Numbered from the stretch's first letter, positions 58,083 through 64,000 are shown. The stretch is 64,000 bases of DNA from Thermoanaerobaculia bacterium (GCA_942492505.1 CALOFD010000012.1:23514-87513), one strand, 5' to 3'. Notes: generated by a model not told the origin, from the sequence alone. Made by a program: numbers and translations.

Positions 58083-60932
58083 GTGCAGAAGGAATTCTCG
58101 GTCGATCTGACCGCAGTCCGCGCTCTCAGAACAGAGAACGAACGTCTTGAGTTCCTTGCTGCGAACCCATTAGCCGTGTCCCGAGAGGGTCTATCGCACT
58201 TAGCGGCAGAGGCAGTAGAACTCCTCTCATCTGATCTTGAAGGCTGCGATGATTTCCTTGAAACCTTGGAGTGGTTTTCCGAAAGAGCGAAGGATGACTA
58301 TTCCAGGGGCAGGGTGTTGCGCGCCAAGGCCAATGCGAGGTACGTGCAGGGGCGCTTGGAGGAGGCTGTAGGAGCATTCGAAGAGGCAGCGAACCTCTTC
58401 GCTTCAGCCGGGGAGGAACTTGACGAAGCAATCACGTACAGCTCCGGCCTTCTCTCGATTCTCCTGACGGGTGATCATCGTCGAGTCGAAGAATGGGCGC
58501 GCCGAGCACGATCGATCTTCGATGCACTCGGGGACGATCTGAGATTAGCTCGGCTGAACTTTAACTACGCGAACGTACTCTTCCGACGAGATCGCTGGGA
58601 GGATGCAGCGAAGAGCTATGAGGCTGCTTATGGAATCTTCAAGCGCCTAGGGAGTCACCGAGACGTCGCGACTTGCCTAAGCAACATGGCCGTATGCCAG
58701 ATAAGCGTTCACAACTCTGACAAGGCGGCCTATTTCTACAGCAGGGCTCGGTCCTACTGTGAGTCTCATGGACTGGCAGTGCTCACCGCGAGAATCGACT
58801 ACAACTATGCCTACCTTTTCTATCTCCGAGGTGAGTACACGACCTCTCTGGAGCTCTTTGAGCAAGCCCGAGAACGCTGCATCGCATTGGGGGACCAATA
58901 CCATCCTGTTCTCTGCAACCTCGACGAGGCAGAAATCTACCTAGAACTGAACCTGACCCAAGAAGCGACCACTCTGGCCTCAAGAGCGCACCAGGGCTTC
59001 GAAAGCTTGGGAATGCCCTATGAGAGCGCGAAGGCTCTTACTCTCTGGGCGATTGCCGTCGGCAGGCAAGGGAAATGGATCGCGGCTCTCGAGATGCTTC
59101 AACGCGCCCGCTCGATCTTTGAGCGAGAAGAGAACGAGGTTTACAAGAGCCAACTAGATCTTCATTCCGGGATAGTGCTTCTCAAGGCGGGCAGACCCTT
59201 TGAAGCTATCCGGTTAGCCAAACGCGCGCAGAAAGGTCTAGCTAGTCTGGGATTGCAGAGAAAGGAGGCCCAAGCATGCCTGCTGATCTGCAAAGGCCGA
59301 CTCGATCAACGGCACTTAGACGAGGCGGAAACAGAGCTTCGGAAAGCCTTCAGCCTTGCATCTGGACCTGGTAGCGCAACCGTTCTTTGGCAGGCCCACT
59401 ACCTCGCCGGAAGAATAGATCTTGAGAGGGGGGATCGAAGTTCAGCGGAACGAGCTTTCCGTCTGGCGCACGAGAGTCTTGAAGAGATCCGAAGCCACGT
59501 ACGTACAGAGGAGCAAAAGATTCCGCTCGTGGACGACAAGCTTGTCGTCTACGAAGAACTTGTTGTCCAACTGGCTTCGGAAACGCAGACTCCTGAGATC
59601 GCGGCGGAGGCCTTCAAGTTCGTCGAGAAGGCCAAAGCCAGGTCTCTCTCTGACATGGTCGCGACACGAGCAGCGACCCTGTCGGAAAGAACGTCAGGTC
59701 GCAGCCAGCTGGCATCCCAAGTCTCAAAGCTCCGGGAGGAGCTGAACTGGTACTACCGCCAGATAGACCTTCAAGAGATGAGGGGAGACGCGCACGAGCC
59801 CGGGAGCATGTCTCCCTTGCTGAATGCGAGCGAGCGTTATGAGGCGGACCTTCTCAAGTCCTTGGGTCGACTCTCGTCGACTGACAGGGAGGTTAGCTCA
59901 CTTCAAGAGGCATTGGTGGTTGATCCGTCTTCTATTCAGGAACTCCTCAGCCAAGATGAAGTCATCCTAGACTTCTATGAGGCCAAGGGAGTTATGTACG
60001 TCGCCACCCTAGATCAGAGTAGCGCGGAGATCATTCCCGCGACGCTCTCCTCTATCGCTAGTGACCTTTATACCGAGCTTCGATATGTAATGAGCCGACT
60101 CCAGGCTGACCCAGACACCGCGCGAAGCCCAAACGATCAAGCCGGCCTTGACTTGCAGCATCTCTTGGAGAGGCTTTTCGACGAGCTCATTTCACCGATA
60201 GCCCACCGCCTCAAACCAAAGCTGGTTGTGGTTCCATGTGGTGCCCTCTTCCACCTACCGTTTCACGCGCTGAACGGCCCCATAGGTCCCTTATCCAAAG
60301 AGCACCAAGTCACCTATTCGCCAAGCGCTACAACATGGTTTCTCTCTCGCTCAAGAGAAGCTTCGTCGAACACTGGTCTCCTCGTCGCGTTTGAACAACC
60401 TCGAATCAGCACTATTGAGGCATGCTTCAGAAACTCTCTGTTCAGGGCTGCAACCTCCCCTAACGATTTTGTCGAGGAAGCTCGTGAAGCAAGGACCATC
60501 TTCGCGGACGGCTCGGCGTCCTATCGACCAGACAATCCGATGTTCTCGACTCTGCGGATTGCCGGCAAAGACTACTCCCTGTTCGATCTTCTGAACTTGG
60601 ACTTGGACGCTCAACTATTCGTGCTTTCAGGGTTTCAGCAGACTTCGTTGGCAGCGAGCAAGGGTGACGAAGTCTTTGGTCTTTACAGGACCCTCCTGTA
60701 CGCAGGCTCACGGGCGATTGTCCACAACCTTTGGCGACCAAGCGCCCGTGCCCAGGAGAAGTTCGTGGTGAGGCATTGGCAAGACTGGCCTCCGGCACCA
60801 GCGTGCAGATCTCATACTCGGAGACGATGGACGAACTCCGTCAAACACTCTCAGCGGTCCTCACGAGTGGGGACCCTTCGTTCTCGTCAACTCAGTAAGG
60901 CCGAGGAGTGTTCAATAGCCGATCTAGCATAA
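58083..60932 (+). CDS. TPR-repeat CHAT-domain paralogue with substituted catalytic residues (predicted inactive); C-terminus frameshifted twice
   Basis: GTG start. It has TPR-like repeats and a CHAT-like C-terminal domain. The His motif position reads IFADGSASY and the Cys motif reads LSGFQQT. The canonical ending (FYEALARLASG...HEWGPFVLVNS) is recovered only through two -1 frame changes near 60765 and 60865, giving a probable true stop at 60916-60918. Confidence 0.78.
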   Translation: MQKEFSVDLTAVRALRTENERLEFLAANPLAVSREGLSHLAAEAVELLSSDLEGCDDFLETLEWFSERAKDDYSRGRVLRAKANARYVQGRLEEAVGAFEEAANLFASAGEELDEAITYSSGLLSILLTGDHRRVEEWARRARSIFDALGDDLRLARLNFNYANVLFRRDRWEDAAKSYEAAYGIFKRLGSHRDVATCLSNMAVCQISVHNSDKAAYFYSRARSYCESHGLAVLTARIDYNYAYLFYLRGEYTTSLELFEQARERCIALGDQYHPVLCNLDEAEIYLELNLTQEATTLASRAHQGFESLGMPYESAKALTLWAIAVGRQGKWIAALEMLQRARSIFEREENEVYKSQLDLHSGIVLLKAGRPFEAIRLAKRAQKGLASLGLQRKEAQACLLICKGRLDQRHLDEAETELRKAFSLASGPGSATVLWQAHYLAGRIDLERGDRSSAERAFRLAHESLEEIRSHVRTEEQKIPLVDDKLVVYEELVVQLASETQTPEIAAEAFKFVEKAKARSLSDMVATRAATLSERTSGRSQLASQVSKLREELNWYYRQIDLQEMRGDAHEPGSMSPLLNASERYEADLLKSLGRLSSTDREVSSLQEALVVDPSSIQELLSQDEVILDFYEAKGVMYVATLDQSSAEIIPATLSSIASDLYTELRYVMSRLQADPDTARSPNDQAGLDLQHLLERLFDELISPIAHRLKPKLVVVPCGALFHLPFHALNGPIGPLSKEHQVTYSPSATTWFLSRSREASSNTGLLVAFEQPRISTIEACFRNSLFRAATSPNDFVEEAREARTIFADGSASYRPDNPMFSTLRIAGKDYSLFDLLNLDLDAQLFVLSGFQQTSLAASKGDEVFGLYRTLLYAGSRAIVHNLWRPSARAQEKFVVRHWQDWPPAPACRSHTRRRWTNSVKHSQRSSRVGTLRSRQLSKAEECSIADLA

Positions 60933-60944
60933 GATCGGTGTGCA

Positions 60945-61655
60945 ATGTCCACCCCATCGAACATGCTCAGCCCCTTGAACAGGAACCCTCGCATAGCCCT
61001 CAAAAAGCTTGAAGAAGAGGTGCGAAAGACAAGAACGGGTGTCATGTACGCTCTGAACATGATGCTTGATCTCAAGGATCTTCGGACCGGTTTCCATGCG
61101 ACCCGTCTCGCAGAGTGGGCAGTGAGGGTTGCCGAAGACGTTGGAGTTACCAAGGAGGATCTCGAAGATATTGAGCGAGCCTCTCTCCTGCACGATATCG
61201 GGAAGATAGGGGTCCCTGACCAAATTCTTCTCAAACCGGGGAAGCTCACAGAATCCGAGCGAGAGCTAGCCGAGAAGCACCCTGAGTTCGGTTGGGCCAT
61301 TCTGCGACCGATCCCTGGCTTTGAGAAAGCTAGCCTCCTTGTGCTCCACCACCATGAACGCTGGGACGGAGGGGGCTACCCGGCAGGTCTAACGGGATCC
61401 GAGATCCCGCTGGGTTCTAGAATCGTGTCGATCGTAGATGCCTACGACGCGATGATCTCGGATCGAGCCTACCGGTCTGGCCTGCCCAAAGAGGAGGCAC
61501 TTAGACGCCTAAGGAAGGATGCGGGGAGCCAGTTCGATCCGGAATTGACCGAGTTTTTTATCCGGCTTGTTGAAAGCGTTGAGGATGATGCCGAGGGCAG
61601 CATGGAACGGGCTATTCCTGACTTCGCGATCGCTCGAGTTCAACAATCCCTTTGA
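60945..61655 (+). CDS. stand-alone HD-GYP domain protein (cyclic-dinucleotide phosphodiesterase family)
   Basis: 236-aa ORF with LLHDIGKIGVPD and HHHERWDGGGYPAGL. There is no receiver or other sensor domain. Confidence 0.88.
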   Translation: MSTPSNMLSPLNRNPRIALKKLEEEVRKTRTGVMYALNMMLDLKDLRTGFHATRLAEWAVRVAEDVGVTKEDLEDIERASLLHDIGKIGVPDQILLKPGKLTESERELAEKHPEFGWAILRPIPGFEKASLLVLHHHERWDGGGYPAGLTGSEIPLGSRIVSIVDAYDAMISDRAYRSGLPKEEALRRLRKDAGSQFDPELTEFFIRLVESVEDDAEGSMERAIPDFAIARVQQSL

Positions 61656-61858
61656 CTCATTGAATCTTGTTCGCATAAAATTGCTCAGACAACCGATTGC
61701 GTTCAGGGGCATCCGCTCCTGAAAGGTAGCCCGACGAAACTCTCCGACTTTGGAGGAGGTCGCTGGTCCTGCCTTTCTAGCCCCTAGGACTTAGGCCAAC
61801 ATAGTAGAGAAGATCTAGAACACCTACCTACCAGTCTCTGGCTGCGTAGAACCGCAAA

Positions 61859-61902
61859 CCCCGCTTCACTCCGGATTCTTGCTGGAGGTGACGGGGGTTT
61901 TT
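61859..61902 (+). terminator. intrinsic-terminator-like hairpin + T-tract just upstream of the micro-ORF cassette
   Basis: CCCCG-ct-TCAC-TCCGG-attcttg-CTGGA-g-GTGA-CGGGG followed by G-TTTTT (61898-61902). About 14 bp are paired and the loop is 7 nt. Confidence 0.55.
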
Positions 61903-61938
61903 GCGTTTATAGGGACTTTAACCAATTTGGGAGAGACG

Positions 61939-61988
61939 ATGAGCACCATCAAGAGTTGGTCAGAGCATTGACTGCATCAAGGAAGTAA
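61939..61988 (+). pseudogene. decayed leading copy of the micro-ORF
   Basis: ATGAGCACCATCAAGAGTTGGTCAGAGCATTGACTGCATCAAGGAAGTAA matches the GGTCAGAGCAT(C/T)GACTGCATCAAGGAA core. However, it is about 7 nt shorter, out of frame (MSTIKSWSEH*), and an extra G destroys the normal stop. Confidence 0.6.
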
Positions 61989-62021
61989 CCCTCAATCCCC
62001 ATCCAAACGGAGACACACACC

Positions 62022-62078
62022 ATGAAGATCAAAACCAGCGTCAAGGTCGGTCAGAGCATCGACTGCATCAAGGAATAA
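62022..62078 (+). CDS. micro-ORF copy 1, 18-aa peptide MKIKTSVKVGQSIDCIKE
   Basis: GGAG lies 9 nt upstream. ATG...TAA, with codon 10 = GGT. Confidence 0.7.
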   Translation: MKIKTSVKVGQSIDCIKE

Positions 62079-62111
62079 CCCTCAATCCCCATCCAAACGG
62101 AGACACACACT

Positions 62112-62168
62112 ATGAAGATCAAAACCAGCGTCAAGGTCGGGCAGAGCATCGACTGCATCAAGGAATAA
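62112..62168 (+). CDS. micro-ORF copy 2, identical 18-aa peptide
   Basis: GGAG lies 9 nt upstream. ATG...TAA, with codon 10 = GGG. Confidence 0.7.
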   Translation: MKIKTSVKVGQSIDCIKE

Positions 62169-62201
62169 CCCTCAATCCCCATCCAACCGGAGACACACAC
62201 C

Positions 62202-62258
62202 ATGAAGATCAAAACCAGCGTCAAGGTCGGACAGAGCATCGACTGCATCAAGGAATAG
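62202..62258 (+). CDS. micro-ORF copy 3, identical 18-aa peptide
   Basis: GGAG lies 9 nt upstream. ATG...TAG, with codon 10 = GGA. Confidence 0.7.
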   Translation: MKIKTSVKVGQSIDCIKE

Positions 62259-62297
62259 CTACCTTTCACACCTCATAAACGATCAGGGAGTTTCACC

Positions 62298-62363
62298 ATG
62301 AAGATCAAAACCAGCGTCAAGGTCGGTCAAGAGAGATCGAGAGGAGTACCCATCCAGGAATAA
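62298..62363 (+). CDS. micro-ORF copy 4, variant 21-aa peptide MKIKTSVKVGQERSRGVPIQE
   Basis: GGGAG lies 7 nt upstream. The first 11 codons match the other copies in amino acid sequence (codon 11 CAA instead of CAG, both Gln), the tail diverges, and the frame and stop (TAA) are retained. Confidence 0.65.
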   Translation: MKIKTSVKVGQERSRGVPIQE

Positions 62364-62396
62364 CCCCGGACACCCAAGCAACCGGAGACACACACC

Positions 62397-62453
62397 ATGA
62401 AGATCAAAACCAGCGTCAAGGTCGGGCAGAGCATCGACTGCATCAAGGAATAG
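62397..62453 (+). CDS. micro-ORF copy 5, identical 18-aa peptide
   Basis: GGAG lies 9 nt upstream. ATG...TAG, with codon 10 = GGG. Confidence 0.7.
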   Translation: MKIKTSVKVGQSIDCIKE

Positions 62454-62461
62454 TCGAATCC

Positions 62462-62608
62462 ATGAAAACAAAGACAAACCTCAAGGCCGGATTCTCTGGG
62501 AGCGTCAAACCGCAGGTGTTTGAACTTCTCGAGACTCTGGTGAATCGACCCTCAGATCATCGATTCACAGTCAAGACTGGCCAGGCCGTTTCGGCCATTC
62601 TCGAATAG
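62462..62608 (+). CDS. 48-aa ORF related to the micro-ORF peptides at both ends
   Basis: MKTKTNLKAGFSGSVKPQVFELLETLVNRPSDHRFTVKTGQAVSAILE*. It starts 8 nt after copy 5, and the AAGGAA inside the copy-5 end could serve as its SD. The N-terminal MKTKTNLKAG and the C-terminal VKTGQAVSAILE parallel MKIKTSVKVG and VKVGQSIDCIKE. Confidence 0.6.
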   Translation: MKTKTNLKAGFSGSVKPQVFELLETLVNRPSDHRFTVKTGQAVSAILE

Positions 62609-62616
62609 CACTCAGC

Positions 62617-62682
62617 GCCGCGCCTGGTCGCGGCGGCTGTGTGAACCGCAGACCGGGGACCTCACCCAGGAGTGGTCTGCGG
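62617..62682. terminator. two GC-rich hairpins between convergent genes (possible bidirectional terminator)
   Basis: GCCGCG-cctggt-CGCGGC (62617-62634) and CCGCAGACC-19 nt-GGTCTGCGG (62646-62682). There is no clear U-tract. Confidence 0.4.
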
Positions 62683-62750
62683 GTGGCGAACAGCCATCTG
62701 GCCGTGGTCTATTCAGCCACGCCCATCCCCCCCGGGGCCTTCTCCCCCGG

Positions 62751-63998
62751 CTACGAGTGACCGACGACTGCCAGGGTCGGTGATCTCGCGATGATCACCT
62801 TGGCTGCGAGCATCGCGCTCTCGCCGTCGAGGCCACCCAGACTCTCGTCCAGGATCGAGATGTCGTGCTCCTGGATCAGGGTTCTCGCAATGAAGACGCG
62901 GCTGCGTTCTCCATGAGAGAGCTGCCAGCCGTTCTCTCCCACCATTTGGAACAGTCCCGACGGCATTCGCTCGAGGAGATCTCCGAGACCGAGTTCCCGG
63001 CAGAGTTCTTCGGCCCTATCGAGATCTTCCTTCATCGGCGGCCAGCGGTGCCCCATGAGGATGTTGAACGCCAACGACTCGCTCAGGATGTGGTTCTCGT
63101 GGAACTGCGGAGCGAGAATCACCGACTTGCGCCAGAATGCCGTGCCGGCACTCGTTCGATCGAGCCCCCTGAACAGTAGAAGCCCTGTCGAGGGACTGCG
63201 AAGTCCGGCAAGCAGGCTGGCCAGCGTCGACTTTCCCGAACCTGAGGGCCCCTCGAGAAGGATCCGGTCGCCCGCTGCGACCTCGAGGTCGAGATCGTCG
63301 ATGACCGGCTGAGTTCTCGAGGCGTACTGAAAGCCGAGTTCCTTCGCCTCCAGAAGCACTCGTCCCCTCGACTGCCCGCGAGTCAAGGCGAGATCGGGAT
63401 CCGATCGGAGAGAAGGCCGTGCTGCCGCGTCGAACATTTCCGCAACCTGATCCCAGGCGATCGAGGCACCCGACAATTGGCTCAGCCCGAGGGTGACTCT
63501 TCGAAGTGCGCCGTAGGCGAGCAAGATCCCTCCAAACGCCACCGCCAGGCTCTCACTCGAGGCACGGTCGCCCACCAGCAGCGGGGCGAGCCCGAGAACC
63601 CCGACGATCATCCAGCCCCGCGGCAGCGCAGATCCAAGACTCGCGGCAAGCCGATCGAGTCCTCGCGAAGCCCGACTGTATGCCTCGACTTCCCGGTCCT
63701 CGTCTTCGTGCCAACGAGCTCTCGATTCCTGGGCCTGACGCGTGCGATGTCCGAGGAGGCTCTCCACCAGAGCGTAGGTCAGACTCAGCCTGCCTTCGGT
63801 CCAGCCCCGTCTTCGGGCCGCGTAGCGACGCCCCACCCAGTAGACCACCACACTCCAGCCGACCAGCAGCAGGGCGTGGAGGGGGCCTCCGGCGCCGAGC
63901 CCCAGTACGACGGCCGCGAAGGCGACCTCGATGGCCCCCAACAGAAGGTGGAAGCCCCCGTTCAGGGCGAGCGACTCCATCGCTTCCGATTCGAGCAC
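62751..63998 (-). CDS. ABC exporter, fused TMD-NBD (N-terminus beyond the window end)
   Basis: The ORF is open to the window edge. About 200 aa of TM region precede the NBD, which has Walker A GPSGSGKST, an atypical signature LSHGERSR and Walker B ISILDES. It converges on the micro-ORF cassette. Confidence 0.85.
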   Translation of the reverse strand: MLESEAMESLALNGGFHLLLGAIEVAFAAVVLGLGAGGPLHALLLVGWSVVVYWVGRRYAARRRGWTEGRLSLTYALVESLLGHRTRQAQESRARWHEDEDREVEAYSRASRGLDRLAASLGSALPRGWMIVGVLGLAPLLVGDRASSESLAVAFGGILLAYGALRRVTLGLSQLSGASIAWDQVAEMFDAAARPSLRSDPDLALTRGQSRGRVLLEAKELGFQYASRTQPVIDDLDLEVAAGDRILLEGPSGSGKSTLASLLAGLRSPSTGLLLFRGLDRTSAGTAFWRKSVILAPQFHENHILSESLAFNILMGHRWPPMKEDLDRAEELCRELGLGDLLERMPSGLFQMVGENGWQLSHGERSRVFIARTLIQEHDISILDESLGGLDGESAMLAAKVIIARSPTLAVVGHS

Positions 63999-64000
63999 CC

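Larger units (their letters stand above)
61939..62453 (+). repeat. tandem ~90-nt repeat cassette (micro-ORF + conserved 33-nt spacer with SD)
   Basis: ATGs fall at 62022, 62112, 62202, 62298 and 62397. Spacers CCCTCAATCCCCATCCAA(A/C)CGGAGACACACAC(C/T) are near-identical between copies 0-1, 1-2 and 2-3. Confidence 0.95.

Noticed and set aside
55315-60932. TPR-CHAT proteins as Csx29-like partners of a type III-E CRISPR (Craspase) system, or as gasdermin-activating proteases.
   Set aside because: No gRAMP/Cas7-11, CRISPR array, Csx30/31 or gasdermin-sized neighbour gene is present in the window.
61939-62453. Reading the ~90-nt tandem repeats as a CRISPR array or as a type III toxin-antitoxin-style RNA repeat (ToxI-like).
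   Set aside because: Both the 'repeat' and 'spacer' parts are conserved between units, so there are no unique spacers. No cas gene or ToxN-like gene is present. The variation pattern (silent Gly codon, stop codon swaps) fits coding selection better than RNA function. An RNA role cannot be fully excluded without data.
62051-62477. Minus-strand ORFs of 72 aa (62051..62269) and 64 aa (62283..62477) running through the repeat cassette, with an internal 30-aa repeat (GYSLMQSMLCPTLTLVLIF...).
   Set aside because: They stay open only because the repeat period (90 nt) is a multiple of 3. They cover only some copies and change frame between copies. They lack convincing SD sequences. They also do not explain the synonymous-only variation or the conserved SD/ATG/stop of the plus-strand micro-ORFs.

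Overview
High-GC bacterial chromosomal segment: my hand counts of single 60-nt lines give about 63-73% GC. Gene content would fit an Acidobacteriota- or Gemmatimonadota-like organism, but taxonomy cannot be determined from this window. I found no rRNA, tRNA, CRISPR array, transposase or integrase.

Positions 1-55.1 kb are mostly ordinary housekeeping and metabolic genes. They include rpoZ-gmk-yicC, an HU/IHF protein, rpsA with an unusual acidic tail, queG-folA-thyA, RNase E, trpS, a TPR-Ser/Thr kinase, a Na+/solute symporter and an M32 carboxypeptidase. Also present are imuA-imuB without dnaE2, and egtB-egtD translationally coupled to a betaine-type ABC transporter. The rest comprises a lipoprotein/aromatic-amino-acid-decarboxylase/cupin operon, parC-parE, selO, xth, hpf and an Opp/Dpp-like importer lacking ATPase genes.

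Positions ~55.1-62.7 kb form a lower-GC island (about 50-55% in hand-counted lines), which is the best candidate for an undescribed system. It contains:
- two paralogous TPR-CHAT proteins, one with an intact His/Cys dyad and one with both catalytic residues substituted;
- a stand-alone HD-GYP protein;
- an intrinsic-terminator-like hairpin;
- a tandem cassette (~90-nt period) of micro-ORFs, each with its own Shine-Dalgarno, ATG and stop.

Four micro-ORF copies encode the identical 18-mer MKIKTSVKVGQSIDCIKE and differ only at one synonymous site and the stop codon. One copy has a variant tail, one is decayed, and a related 48-aa ORF follows. A convergent ABC exporter is cut by the window end. 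The micro-ORFs are too short for the ORF track, which shows repeat-derived antisense ORFs instead.

Caveats: at least nine single-nucleotide frame disruptions at homopolymers split eight genes, so assembly indels are likely. The many long antisense ORFs are high-GC artefacts. All family calls come from reading the translations from memory, without any database search.
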